Shown one piece after another: positions 1 to 15,018 of a stretch of 64,000 nucleotides of DNA. The translations under genes and the position numbers were made by a program. Numbering within the stretch: position 1 is the stretch's first letter; every line of letters begins with the position of its first letter. The notes under the pieces are model-generated. The model was not told the origin of the DNA. It saw only the letters and a program-made list of their open reading frames with translations, and searched no databases. This DNA comes from Eledone cirrhosa (lineage: Eukaryota). Location: the NCBI GenBank assembly GCA_964016885.1, contig OZ024756.1:24676001-24740000 (forward strand). Direction: 5' to 3'.

Positions 1-480
1 ATAGACTCAGGTCAGATGTGAAATGTAGGACCACAAAACTAGTAATAGACTCAGGTCAGATGTGAAATGTAGGACCACAAAACTAGTAATAGACTCAGGT
101 CAGATGTGAAATGTAGGACCACAAAGCTAGTAATAGACTCAGGTCAGATGTGAAATGTAGGACCACAAAACTAGTAATAGACTCAGGTCAGATGTGAAAT
201 GTAGGACCACAAAACTAGTAATAGACTCAGGTCAGATGTGAAATGTAGGACCACAAAGCTAGTAATAGACTCAGGTCAGATGTGAAATGTGAAATGTAGG
301 ACCACAAAGCTAGTAATAGACTTAGGTCAGATGTGAAATGTGAAATGTAGGACCACAAAGCTAGTAATAGACTTAGGTCAGATGTGAAATGTGAAATGTA
401 GGACCACAAAGCTAGTAATAGACCCAGGTCAGATGTGAAATGTGAAATGTAGGACCACAATGCTAGTAATAGACTCGAGC
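1..480. repeat. 44-bp minisatellite (51-bp variant units with an extra GTGAAAT), runs off the window start
   Basis: Unit atagactcaggtcagatgtgaaatgtaggaccacaaa(a/g)ctagta at 1, 45, 89 and onward; degenerates after about 480. Confidence 0.95.
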
Positions 481-1171
481 CAGACGTTGACTGTATGTAC
501 CGAAAGCTAGTAAGGATTTCAGATGTGAAACGTGTGCCGCGCACCACCCGATCCAAAAGTCAGTAATAGGAGCAGTCAAGATGTGAAATATAAGCGGCTA
601 TTTTAAATTACACTTTAAGTATTTTGTTGGTAATGAGCCAAGTGAGAAACAATGTTGTCGGCTGCTTCTCCTTGTTTTTCGTAAGCCTAAAGAAGTGTGG
701 CGGTGATCAGTTCACAATCTTTAAAAAATTCATAGTGGAAAGCTGTCAAATGTTTTTCATAAACATATGTGTATGTGTTCCAACGCTATGTTGGAGCACC
801 AAAACTAATATATGTGTGTATACGTGTAACCCAATATATTTATATATATAATGTACATGATGTCGTCTGCAATGTTTAACAACATGGTGGCGTCCTTAAT
901 ATTTACAATGTCCATTAAGTTTACATTTGTAATCATCCATTTTGTCTAATGCGTTAATGGTACTTAACTGAACATGTATGTATGTCTATATATATATATA
1001 GAGAGAGAGAGTTGATGTTGGTGTTGGAGATTTAAGAGGATGGTAGCGTTGAAGTAATCAGTAGACGTATATAACATTTGGCATCTGATTAGAATTAGCA
1101 ACAGTGTGCTGACATCACTATATCTACATGGCTTGTATTTTTACATATATATATATGGGTATATATACGTG

Positions 1172-1251
<80 letters not shown>

Positions 1252-1334
1252 CATACATATACACGTATATATACCCATATATATATGTAAAAATACAGGC
1301 CATGTAGATATATATATATATATATATATATAAG

Positions 1335-1490
1335 AAAAGAATCAGGACCCCGACGGCTGAGCTTTGGCAGTTTCGACAGCTAGATACGAACTAAGCTGGT
1401 TTAGTTCGGATCTAGCTGTCGAAACGGCTGGAGCTCAGTCGTCGGGGCCCTGACTCTTTTCCTATTACCCATTCTACTACCAAGCACACA
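1335..1490. repeat. Fold-back repeat family A in (TA)n; copies at about 10330-10520, 12555-12755, 13297-13500, 13570-13630, 41060-41225
   Basis: ccccgacggctgagct..gtttcgac / gtcgaaacggct..gtcgggg followed by cctattacccactctactacc. Confidence 0.85.
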
Positions 1491-1777
1491 ACACACAAAA
1501 ACAGGATGGTGTACGAAGTTACAGAATGTGTGACAAAATGGCCTTGACAATATGTAAGCAACTATTCGGTTATTGAACCAACCAACTGGAAATGTACTAT
1601 AAATTGAAGTGAAAACCGTGTCTTTTTATTGGCACTATGACGCACTTAAAGTATAACAGTCTGTTTCAATACATGTTTCCAGATAAGAAATCTTGCAAAA
1701 CAAATAAAAAATGAAGTATATATATATATATAATGTATGTATGTATGTATATTTATGTGTATATATATGTATATATG

Positions 1778-1875
<98 letters not shown>

Positions 1876-2833
1876 CATATATTATATATTTATATATATA
1901 GTAATAATAATAAATTTGAAGACTAAAATCCAAATTTTGGATGGCCATTGACTCTTAAGAGCTCCTTTGCCCTTTGACAGGTTTTGTTTTTAGTCCTGCA
2001 GGATGCCCAAAGTCACCCTCCTCACCAAGAAACCTTGGTGGGGTTGCCAGTTTAGTCGCCAACGACCCGACCATGAGACAGATTGTACTGGGATACATGT
2101 TACCAGTAGCATACATACATACATACATACATACATACATACATACATACATACATACATACATACATACATACATACATACATACATACATACATACAT
2201 ACATACATACACATGTACAAATGCAAAGCATATACGCATGCACACATACAACTCAAAACATTCACATCCACACATACAATAACATCCATATCTACACATG
2301 CATACATACATATCTACCTAGTTGATGTTGTGTAAATTCCAATGAGAGAGTTTTGTGTCTATGTTAGAAACCGACTCTCTCTCTATTGGTAAAACTTTGT
2401 GAAATTATAAAACCAGAAGAACATACATACATATATATATATATATATAATATTAAGGATACTATTTATGGTTATGTATATACTAAAACTTTTTATAGTT
2501 ATGTATATTTTAAACCCTAAACAGTGAAGGTCAGTAATTTATTACTACCTTATTACCAGTAAGATAAATAGCTCAATGTAATATCATCAGTTGTTCTACA
2601 GAGCAGTTATATAGAATTTACAAGAATCAAAGCTATGTTCAAAGCATTTATTCACTTACAATTGTTTCATCCAAACCTAGGCTTGGTGTCTTCGCAGCAT
2701 TTTTCAATGTTTGTACACATAATTGACCTATTGTGTACAAACATTGAAAAATGCTCCGAAGACTTTACGCCTAGGTTTGGATGAAACAATTGTAAGTAAA
2801 TAAATGCTTGTGAACATAGCTTTGATTTTTGTG

Positions 2834-2990
<157 letters not shown>

Positions 2991-3022
2991 TAAATATATA
3001 TATTTATATATTTATATATATA

Positions 3023-3338
3023 TAGTAATAATAATAAATTTGAAGACTAAAATCCAAAGAGAGCTCGATAAAGATAAATATATATCAAATATATAAGAAC
3101 CGTAGAGCAAATATTTATTAAAATAACAGATTAAAGTTTAAGCAAAGAATCTGTGCTTTCACCCTTAACGGGTGAAAGCAGCGATTCTTTGCTTAAACTT
3201 TAATCTGTTATTTATAAACTTTATCTGTTATTTATAAACTTTAATCTGTTATTTGCTCTAGGGTTCTTATATATTTGATATATATTTATCCTTATTGAGT
3301 CCTCTTTGGATTTTAGTCTTCACATTTATTATTATTAC
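3023..3338. repeat. Fold-back repeat family B in (TA)n; copies at about 1900-1935, 4103-4300, 4645-4812, 5270-5410, 5610-5670, 36270-36340, 38280-38320
   Basis: agtaataataataaatttgaagactaaaatcc...ctttcaccc / gggtgaaagcagcgattctttgcttaaac. Confidence 0.85.
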
Positions 3339-4573
3339 TAGTATTATTATTAATATATATATATACTATATAATGCGTATATGTATGCGTGTAATTCTAT
3401 ACACCTTCATACATAGTCTAGTCACTCTGATATGCAATCATCTGCACTCAAGCTTTGTGCAGGGTTTTATTTTGTTTACATACAAACATGTATTTAGCTT
3501 TTAATACTGCATTAACGATCGATAAAAGTAATTTAGTTTCTCACACAGATACGCGCATACATATATATACCCATACATATACACAAACATATATACACAT
3601 ATACATATATACATATATATATACATATACATGTATACATACGTATACACATACATATACACACATATATCTATACCCATATATATACACATTCATAATG
3701 CATATACACACATATATATACATACATACATATACATATACATTTATAGATACATACCTATATACATACATAGACACGTACATACACATATATGTACACA
3801 TTCGTACATATACGCATATATATACACATACATATATACATACATATACTCTCTCACACATACACTCACATACAGTCACATACAGTCAGACATATATATA
3901 TAAATCATGTCTTTAGAATCATCAGATAATAAAATATATACTATCTGATGATTATAAAGACATGATTTATGATATAATGCTCTGATTTTTTAATTTTTTA
4001 ATTTATTAATTCTTCATAGAGCTTAAAAGTGAACAGTTGCAACATATATATATCTATAACTTTATGTATATGTTAACCTTTATATATATATATATATATA
4101 TATAGTAATAATAATAAATTTGAAGACTAAAATCCAAAGAGGGCTCAATAAGGATAAATATATATCAAATATATAAGAACCGTAGAGCAAATATTTATTA
4201 AAATAACAAATTAAAGTTTAAGCAAAGAATCGCTGCTTTCACCCGTAAAGGGTGAAAGCAGCGATTCTTTGCTTAAACTTTAATCTGTTATTTTAATAAA
4301 TATATATATATTATTAGAAATGTAAGCTATCGCCGTATTTTGACTAAAGAAATTAAAGAAATTATTTAGCCTCATAGTGGGGTTAAGAACACTCGAAAAA
4401 AGATGAGTATTGACGTACATGTACGTCAATACTCATCCTTTTCCATTTCTCCGAGGGTTCTTAACCCCACTATGAGGCTAAATAATTTCTTTAATTTCTT
4501 TAGTCAAAATACGGCGATAGCTTACATTTCTAATAATTTCAAACCAACTCGCTGTTTCGAAAATATACTTACT

Positions 4574-4649
<76 letters not shown>

Positions 4650-4809
4650 TAAAATAACAGATTAAAGTTTAAGGGTGAAAGCAGCGATTCTTTGCTTAAA
4701 CTTTAATCTGTTATTTTAAGAAATATTTGCTCTACGGTTCTTATATATTTGATATATATTCATCCTTATCGAGTCCTCTTTGGATTTTAGTCTTCAAATT
4801 TATTATTAT

Positions 4810-4883
<74 letters not shown>

Positions 4884-5082
4884 GTATGTGTGTGTATATA
4901 TGTGTGTGTGTGTGTATGTATGTCTGTGTGTATGTTTCCACATACAACATACATACATACATGACGGCTGCCCCCTCGTTTTCGAGAATGGCCATTGCAC
5001 GATATACCATTATTAATAATTATTAATTAATTCTATCGTGTAATGCCTGTGTGTGAAGATATTTTTTAAAATGAGTAAAGAC

Positions 5083-5179
<97 letters not shown>

Positions 5180-5408
5180 CACAAGAATCAAAGCTATGTT
5201 CACAAGCATTTATTCACTTACAATTGTTTCATCCAAACCTAAGCTTATTTATATATTTATATATATATATAGTAATAATAATAAATTTGACGACTAACAT
5301 CCAAAGAGGGCTCGATAAGGATAAATATATATCAAATATATAAGAACCGTAGAGCAAATATTTATTAAAATAACAGATTAAAGTTTAAGCAAAGAATCTG
5401 TTATTTTA

Positions 5409-5465
<57 letters not shown>

Positions 5466-5571
5466 GAGAGGTTAAAATGGAAAATCAATTCTTGAGATAT
5501 ACCGATCAGTGTTTATCCTGCCCACCACAAGTTAGATAAATAATCCCACTATCAGTTTCTGTGTGTGTGTA

Positions 5572-5614
<43 letters not shown>

Positions 5615-6872
5615 TTATTAAAATAACAGATTAAAGTTGGATTTTAGTCTTCGAATTTATTATTATTACTATATATATATATATACATATGTATGTGTGC
5701 GTGTATATATATATGTGTGTGTGTATAATTATGTGTGTGGTGTGTATGTATGTGTGTATGTTTCCACATACAACATACATACATGACGGCTGCACCCTCG
5801 TTTTCGAGTATGGCCATTGCACGATATACCATTATTAATAATTATTAATTAATTCAATCGTGTAATGCCTGTGCGTGAACATATTTTTTTAAATGAGGAA
5901 AGACTGTGCACTGAGCCAATCCCACTCTCTTAGCGACAGTAGCTATAACCCGAAAAGAAGAAAAGATCAACATCATCGGTAACTACTGAGCCGCAGGTTT
6001 GATATCGGAGTTGTCCCAGTTTCCCAGTATATATATTTACCATATACATACGTACCCATTCATAAGTACATGCGTTTGAAATGTCTTATTTGGTAGGTCA
6101 GGATCTGATGAAAGTTAACGAGTTAGAACTAGACTGTTAACCAGGTATATATAGTCTGTATATCAAAGTGACACCAGAATGAATGTAACGTATCGGGTGT
6201 CAGGAATTTCTATTATGCCATACGGTGAACACCAAGGCAAAGGAACTATCTGTTCAAATTCCAGGAGACCATCATTTATAAGTGTGGCCATTTCCTGTCA
6301 TCTGCAGTTACAATGCTGTACAGAGGAGATAACTCTCTACCTCTGAAATAACAATAGAAACATTAGTCAGAATATGACAACTTCCTATTTACACAAGAAC
6401 GGCTTTTTGAATTACAGGTACAGCACATCTTTTACCAGCTGATGGAATAAAAGCCACCATGAATAAATATATGTACTCATAATTCGTACAATATATAATA
6501 ATAATTGTTTCTACTTTTGGCACAAGGCCAGCAATTACCCAGTACATTACTGGTACTTTATTTAACCGACCCCGTAAGGATGAAAGGCAAAGTTGACCTC
6601 GGCGGAGTTTGAACTGAGAATGGAAGGGCCATAATTAATACAGACGATATTACATACTCAGTAACTAATTCTCGTTGTTTCTCCTTAATTCATTTATAGC
6701 CTGAAGAGCGATTAGCGGTTATCGCTTTTATATCTGTAGGTTTCTCTAGATCATGAAACCTTTGGTAGCTGATGATGTAATATATATATAACTATTCGCT
6801 CTGCTTCTGAATATAAAATACTCTTTTTTTTTCTTTTGTTATACCATTAACCTTTGTTTGTTTCTTTGACAG

Positions 6873-6953
6873 AAGTACTGCCCGAATTTTTTATAAACAC
6901 CAAATATCATGGTGGTGCAAACGGTGGAGTCTTGCTCACACTAAAAGGACGAG
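6873..6953 (+). CDS. PKHD1L1: Fibrocystin-L/PKHD1L1-like exon, first in window (EVLPEFFINTKYHGGANGGVLLTLKGRG), IPT/TIG start
   Basis: ttgacag| ... |gtaaga; phase 1-1; resembles PKHD1L1 N-terminus as recalled (GSINGATRLTIRGEG). Confidence 0.85.
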
Positions 6954-6982
6954 GTAAGACTAACAACAACAACAACAACAAC

Positions 6983-7030
<48 letters not shown>

Positions 7031-7214
7031 TGTTTCTACTTTAGGCACAAGGCCAACAATTTGAGAGGAGGGGACTTTATTTTATCGACCCCGTAAGGAT
7101 GAAAGGCAAAGTTAACCTCGGTGGGATTTGAACTCAGAACGTAAATGGTCATAGCACTATGCTGCAAAGCATCGTGTCTGACGCTCTACCGATACTGCCA
7201 ATAATAACAACAAC

Positions 7215-7280
<66 letters not shown>

Positions 7281-7282
<2 letters not shown>

Positions 7283-8830
7283 CTCCTCTTCATGGACGAT
7301 CTTAAGCTCTTCGGGAAAAGTGAGAAGGAGTTGGATGTGCTTGTTGACACTGTCCGTATTTTCAGCAGTGATATATGTATGCAGTTTGGTATTAGTAAAT
7401 GTGGAGTCATTGTGATGAAGAGGGGTAGGTTGAGCAGAAGTAACGGGATCCAGATACCAACAGGTGAGATGATAAAGGAAATTGACTCTGAGGAAGGATA
7501 CAAGTATTTGGGCGTTCTGGAGGCTGATGGCATAAAGAACAAAAAAATGAAGGAATTGTTAAGAACTGAATACATTCGGAGAGTAAGGAGCGTATTGAAG
7601 TCACATCTGAACAGCAGAAATGCCATAAGCGCAGTAAATTCCCGAGCTGTGTCTATTATTAGGTACAGTGCGGGAATTCTGAGATGGAATGTTGCTGAAC
7701 AAAAAGAAATGGATAGGAAGACTAGGAAGCTATTGACTATCTACAACATGTTCCACAAGAGGAGTGATGTCGATAGACTCTACCTAAGGAGATCTGAGGG
7801 TGGAAGAGGTCTTATCAGCATAGAGGACTGTGTTCAGATGGAGAAAAACAACCTATACAAATACGTGACCTATAGTAAGGAGCCAATGCTCAGAACTGTA
7901 CTGAAGGAGGGGACAGTAGGCCAGGGGATGTCCAAGGAGGAAATAACATCAAGGAGGAAGAGCAGCCTTAAGGGAAAATCCCTTCATAGTACCTTCTTTG
8001 AGAAAACTGAATTTAGAGATCCACAGACATGGAACTGGTTGAGAAGAGGAGACCTCAAAAAGGCTACAGAAGGAATGCTAATGGCTGCGCAGGAGCAGGC
8101 CCTCAAAACGAAGTGGTTGAAGCACCATATTTACAAGGAGGAGGCTAGCCCACTGTGCAGGATCTGTGGAGAGAGAGAGGTGACTGTGGCTCACATTGTG
8201 TCCGAGTGTAAACACCTAGCCCAGACCCACTATAAGGGCTGGAGACACGATGTGATGGGCAGGGTGATCCACTGGCACCTGTGCAAAGTAAACAATTTAC
8301 CACACTCTGAGAAATGGTATGAGCATAGGCCAGAGGCGGTGATGGAGAACAATCAGGTGAAGGTGCTGTGGGATTTTAGGATACAGACGGACAAAAAACT
8401 GGAACACAATAGACCTGACCTGGTGGTTGTGGACAAAGAAAAAAGATCGTGTCTGATTGTGGATGTGGCCTGCCCGTTCGACACGAGAGTGCAAGAGAAG
8501 GAGGGGGAGAAAATTAACCGATACCAGGACTTAAAGTGGGAGGTGAAAAGGATTTGGAACTGCCATGAAGTCAAAGTGATCCCGATTGTCATAGGTGCAC
8601 TGGGGACTATCTCCAAAAGTTTCCAGGGATGGTTAAAGAAAATCGGCCCCGTCACGCTTTTTGGAACGCTTCAAAAGGCATGCTTGCTTGGAACAGCAAG
8701 AACCCTCCGATACGTCCTGAATATCTGAGGCTGCAGGTAGTGGCTTGATATTCATCCCAACGGACTTTCCAGTTAACCAACATCAATGACTGAGACTCAA
8801 GGAATAACAACAATAATAATAATAATAATA
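7281..8830 (+). mobile_element. 5'-truncated R4/Dong-like non-LTR retrotransposon (RT C-terminus, CCHC knuckle, restriction-like endonuclease) in (TAA)n
   Basis: Open frame to 8728: LLFMDDLKLF, YKYLG, CRICG..E...HIVSEC, RHD, RPDLVVVD, VDVACP, K..RY..L; (aat)n on both flanks. Confidence 0.9.
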
Positions 8831-10628
8831 ATTGTTTCTACTTTTGGCACAAGGTTAGCAATTACCCAGTACATTACTTGTACTTTATTCTATCGACCCC
8901 ATAAGGATGAAAGGCAAAGTTAACCTCGACGGGATTTGAACTCAGACCGTAAAGGGACGTAACTAATAATAATAATAATTTCTAGTAAAGGCACAAGGCT
9001 AGTAATTTGCGGGAGGGGAAAGTCACATATTCTATGACCTCCCCAGGGACTAATTTGTTGTTTTGTGTCTCTCCTTTGTTCTGTCCTACAACATCTTGTT
9101 TATGTGTGGTGTGTGGCGTGTGGCATGTACTTGGGTTGCGGATTCGTTATTCCCGTGCGTGTGTGTGTGTGTGTATGTGTGTGGGTGTTTAATTAAATGA
9201 CGATCTATTGTTATATTATTCCGCACTGAAGATGTAAAAACAACATAGAGACAGGAGGGCGTTTCCGAACTTATTCAATTACTGAGAAATTATTAACCTT
9301 AAATGTATGAAAAATATTACTTCTTGAGTTACATCAAACGGTAATTATTGTTTCTGTGTGTATTATATATAAACATAAAAATACCATAATGATTTTCATG
9401 AAGGTTCCTCTCTTTAATGAAAAATCTATGAGCCAATGAATAAAACATTTTCTTCTTTTTTTTCTTAATTCTGTGGATTAGTGGAATCAGTAGAGCATTG
9501 TGCAACATGCTTTGCAGCATAGAGTTATGTACCTTTACGTTCTGAGTTCAAATCCCGCCGAGTTTAGCTTTGTCTTTCATCCTTACGGTGTCGATAAAAT
9601 AAAACACCAACAAATTTGACAATAAACAAATAAACAGACATCCGGTTATCAAACCAACTGAAAATTTATGCGTGTCTTTTTATTAGCAGCATGACAATAT
9701 CTGTTTCAATAAACGTTTTCAGATGGGAAATCTTGCAAAACAAATTCAAAACGAAGTATATATATATATGGAAAAGTTTGTCCTCATCAGTGGCCTTCTA
9801 ACCGTGGTAGGCATTTCGTCGCATTAAAGGCCATATACCTCAGGTTGGTGCGAGCAACGGCTAAAAAAAGTCGTTGGGACACGTAAATAAGGGGGACGCA
9901 AACAAAATGGTTTAAGCAACAGAAAGTGATGAAGAAGAAACAAGTCCCAGATTTCTATGAATATAAATTCGGTGGAATCGTGAACGAGAGAATAAAGACC
10001 ATCAAACCTGGTTGAAATGTGAGCAAGGAAGGAATTTCGCACAGGTCTAACGGGAGGAAGAAGGGGTCTGGTCTGCGAATTCGGTAAACATAAGTTCTGT
10101 GAAGTCGCAGACGAGAGAGAGAGAAAAAAAATTCATACCGGCTTGGTCAAGTGCCCGCGAGAAAAGGAATACGGACAGGTCAAACGGGAAGAAAGGGGAG
10201 GAGGAGAGGTAGTGACAGAGAGTGAGTGAGTGAAAGGGGAGGAAGAGGCTAACAGAGAGAGAGAGACTGCTAGAAAGGGTAAAGACACAAAGAACGAAAC
10301 AGACTGGTGGCATATATATATATATATGAGAAAGTATGACTCCGACGGCAGAGTTCAAGCCGTTTCGACGGCTATTTCTTTAGTCCGGAAATAGCCGTCG
10401 AAACGGCTTGAGTTCTGCCGCCGCGGTCATACTTTCTCCTATTACCCACTCTACTACCCTAAGTATTGAGTACTCTGGTGCGTTATGGTCCATCTGGTTC
10501 CTTACCACAATTCCTTTGTTATATATATATATATATAATTGATGTTTACATACATGCATATATATCTGTGTGTGTGTGTGTGTGCGCGCGCGGTGATTTA
10601 ATTGTAACGACTTTTCTTATTATTACAG

Positions 10629-10770
10629 GCTTTGCTAAAGACTTGTTCAATTTTGGTTCCGGTAAAGAGCATCTTGGCAACAAAGTGGTATTAACATCTA
10701 ATACAGAGGCTTACCCCTGTGATATCCATGACGATGGCAATACAGAGAATTTAATTACATGTTATACAAG
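10629..10770 (+). CDS. PKHD1L1: PKHD1L1-like exon (GFAKDLFNFGSGKEHLGNKVVLTSNTEAYPCDIHDDGNTENLITCYTR)
   Basis: ttacag| ... |gtacat; phase 1-2; matches GF..FN.G...LGN.V.L...CD....ITCYTR. Confidence 0.92.
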
Positions 10771-10992
10771 GTACATGCGGACTATTATACACGTGTTTCT
10801 AAACCATGTCATAAATACATATATATATATGTGTGTGTGTGAGAAAAAGAGAGTACATGTGTGTTTATGAATAAATACTCTCTCTCTCACACACACACTG
10901 TTTCTGGTCACTCTTTTCTGTCCCTAAAGCTATTTTACTCAATATTCTAAAGCTATTATTATATATAGCGACTGTGTTGGATTTCAACACTT

Positions 10993-11051
<59 letters not shown>

Positions 11052-11166
11052 TCCTGCTATATCAAGGGTTAACCTAATATATCCCGGACCTGTTATGTTT
11101 ATCTAAAGACTTTTTTTTTCAATTCCAACCCGCCCGTCCCCTCAATCTATCTTATTTCTCATTCTT

Positions 11167-11202
11167 TCTTCTGATGAAGGACTAGCGTCCGAAACGTTAA
11201 GA
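11167..11202 (+). ncRNA. Minimal type I hammerhead ribozyme
   Basis: UCUU-CUGAUGA-A-GGAC/GUCC-GAAA-CG-UU^-AAGA; palindromic AACGUU stem III. Confidence 0.75.
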
Positions 11203-11287
11203 CCCTCTTCCTGCTATATCAAGCGTTAACCTAATATATCCCTTCCATATACTGTACCGATTATGTTGTTATTTCTGTTTACTTTTT

Positions 11288-11376
<89 letters not shown>

Positions 11377-11931
11377 CGCGTGTTTACATAGAAAAATATG
11401 AAAAATATTATATATATATATATATATTTATACAATTAAGTTAAAAATGTACATCCACATATGTATACTGAAATACTAGTATGCATATGAATACACACAC
11501 GTATACATATGTAGATGTACCGAGTTTTTCACTGGTCACTTTACTGTGAGTGTCCAGCTATTCTGTATGTAAACACACAGACAAACCGGTTTTTAGAGTC
11601 ATACTGGTTTTTGAGGAAACACCTTTCCTCTATTCTCCAGAAAGCCAGACAAGGAATATTGAACTAATTTCGTTGTTGTTACAACTCATCAGCAATATTT
11701 ACCTATCTTCCGGCCTTTCTAGAGAATCGTAAAAGCACATATCGTTATATGCTTTTTCTATGAAAATTAGTAGTGGGCAGACTAATTTGCATAGAGCGTG
11801 AGTACGTACCGGTTCAACGGAGACGATAAAAACAAATAACGAAACGAAATTAAATTTCGTTTCGTTTGTAACTCACTTTTGTATGAGTTACAAACGAAAC
11901 GAAATTTAATTTCGTTTCGTTATTATATATT

Positions 11932-12041
<110 letters not shown>

Positions 12042-12276
12042 AATAACATTAAGAAAAGTTCTGTGATTACATAAAGCATTTATTCATTATAATTATTTCT
12101 ACCCTAATACAATCTAATGCAATCCAAGATGTACAAGATGTAGTATTTACATGTGTTGCTGATGACTGTGTATGTGTTCGTGTGAATGTGAGTGTATGTG
12201 TATGGGTGTGTGCCCCACTTTCCACAATAGTGACCTAAAGACGATTCGATCTTTAAACTCTGTTTGTTTCTCCTAG

Positions 12277-12385
12277 GCCCATGCCACAAGGATTCTACTA
12301 CATAAAGATCACTGTTGCTGGAAAACTAATCCCTGATGAACGAATATGCGGTGGTAATATCCATAAATGGCAGTGTAAACACCGG
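12277..12385 (+). CDS. PKHD1L1: PKHD1L1-like exon ([36 protein letters not shown])
   Basis: tcctag| ... |gtgagt; phase 2-0; resembles AMPEDSYTVRVSVDG...C.G.I..W.C; absent from ORF track. Confidence 0.92.
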
Positions 12386-12471
12386 GTGAGTTAGATACCT
12401 CCATATATACAGGGTGTACCAAACAGAATCATCCGAGTTATATATATATTAGTCTTCAAATTTATTATTAT

Positions 12472-12556
<85 letters not shown>

Positions 12557-12750
12557 GGAGGAAATGTGGTAGGGAACCAGGTGGACCATAACGCACCAAA
12601 GTACTCAATACTTAGGGTAGTAGAGTGGGTAATAGGAACGAGTAGGACCCGACGGCTGAGCTCAAGCCGTTTCGACGGGTAATTCTTTTTTTTTAGTCCA
12701 GAATTAGCCGTCGAAACGGCTTGAGCTCAGTCGTCGGGGTCCTACTCGTT

Positions 12751-12849
<99 letters not shown>

Positions 12850-13030
12850 AATAATATATAAATATATATATATATAATAAAGAGGGTTTGGTAAGATACC
12901 AGTTCGGATCTATATATTTAAAAAAAAAAAATAAGACTCCAGTTGCATTTTCGATTTCATCTTTTTTTCTTTATACTTTCACTCGTGTAGGACACCTCGG
13001 TTATTTTTCAATTTGTAAAAAAAACCTCAC

Positions 13031-13100
<70 letters not shown>

Positions 13101-13249
13101 TGTTTTCTAGGTGTCACATTATATAACTAGAGTGTTAACTCTGGACTTGTTTGTTTTTAATTTTCGATCCATTGAGTGCATTGTGGTTTCCTCAAACAAA
13201 TCGAATAATACTTGGTGTATTGCAGCTAAAGTTCGATTACAAATATTAT

Positions 13250-13297
<48 letters not shown>

Positions 13298-13493
13298 CGA
13301 AGGAAGTGTGGTAAGGAAGTAGGTGGGCCATAACACACCAGAGTACTCAATACTTAGGGTAGTAGAGTGGGTAATAGGAAATTGTTCAAGACCCCGACGG
13401 CAAAGCTCAAGCCGTTTCGACAGCCATTTCTGGACCATTAATTAATCTCCGTCGAAACGACTTGAACTCTGCCGTCGAGGTCTTGAACATTTT

Positions 13494-13569
<76 letters not shown>

Positions 13570-14196
13570 AACCAGTAAGACCCCGACAGCTGAGCTCAAG
13601 CCGTTTCGACGGCTAATTCTGGACTAAATGAAAATTTATCCTGGTATTTAAATAGCCGATCTTCTCAAGGGGTAATTCCATATATGGTCAAAGTGATTGT
13701 CAAAAATCAGTAGTAATTCTGTGGTTGCAAATTAGTAGGGGAGATGGTGGCTAAACCTGCCAGTAGGAGAAAGAGGGGAGGGGGTGGAGTAGCCCCAATC
13801 AAGCGTTTGTAGTGCCAGCTACAGCTGGGCATGAGGTCAAAGAAGATACAGGGGAGGGGGAGGGGGAGGAAGTCGGAACGGTAGGTAGAACCATGGGGGG
13901 TAGAAATATATAGGAAAGAAAAAATACTGAGAGTGAAGAAAAGCAAATAAGTGTAAAGAAAAACAAATGAGTGTAAAGAAAAAAGTAAAGTAAATTAAAT
14001 TATATATATATGGGTGTGTGTGTGTGTGAGAGAGAGAGAGTGTGTGTGTGAGAGAGAGAGTGTGTGTGTGTGTGTGTGTGCGTACATACACACACAATAC
14101 CACACATACATATATGTATAAACAAATGTCGACAATATTTTCTATATTTATATATTTGTTATTTTGTTTTGAGTTGTTTTTTTTTTTACATTTTAG

Positions 14197-14254
14197 ACAT
14201 GGAGAAATTTAGCAGCTGAGATCACTGAAGTGAAACCAATAGCAACGACACCAG
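14197..14254 (+). CDS. PKHD1L1: PKHD1L1-like exon (TWRNLAAEITEVKPIATTPG)
   Basis: ttttag| ... |gtatgt; phase 0-1; resembles TPTIRSITPLSGTPG. Confidence 0.85.
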
Positions 14255-14281
14255 GTATGTATATATGTATTTATGTATGTA

Positions 14282-14349
<68 letters not shown>

Positions 14350-14423
14350 TTATATGATAGTATACTCTGCTCTGTAAAAGCACCGAGTGCTCAAACGGCC
14401 TACCGCATACGGACGCTTTAAGC

Positions 14424-14907
14424 ATTAAACACCAATTATATATGTAAATCCGCCTCTTCATTGCTGTAGTGGAGTCTGTGCTGCTGTATAGGTCTGAGAC
14501 TTGGACACTGACCAAGAGACTCACTCAGATGGTGGATGGGTGCTACACGAGAATGCTGAGGATGGCTCTGAACATTAATCAGTATACACTGAGGATGAAA
14601 AACTCAGAGCTGTATGGGAGCATCCCAAAAGTCAGCTCAAAAGTGACACAGAGGAGACTGAGGTTGGCTGGACATGCTCACCGACATCCAGAGTTGACAT
14701 TGCACTCAGTGCTCCTTTGGGAGCCCCTACATGGACACACTAGAAGAGGAAGACCAAGGTTAACATATGTTGATGCCCTAAGGACAGACACTGGTCTGTT
14801 GGAGATGCAGGATATGGCAGCGATAATGAGGGACAGAGACCGCTGGAGAGAACTCGTCCATGGATCTCGGGAATTTTACCCGCCTTAGATAGATAGATAG
14901 ATAGATA
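14424..14907 (+). mobile_element. RTE-clade LINE 3' fragment with (TAGA)n tail
   Basis: ESVLLY.SETWTLTK...DGCYTRMLRMALNI...RRLRLAGH...RGRPRLTY...DRDRWR. Confidence 0.85.
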
Positions 14908-14932
14908 TATATGTGTGTATATATATATAATA

Positions 14933-15018
<86 letters not shown>

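Noticed and set aside
13111-13250. Possible exon after ttttctag at 13110
   Set aside because: No similarity to the protein; exons 12277 and 14197 already join in phase and match the expected sequence
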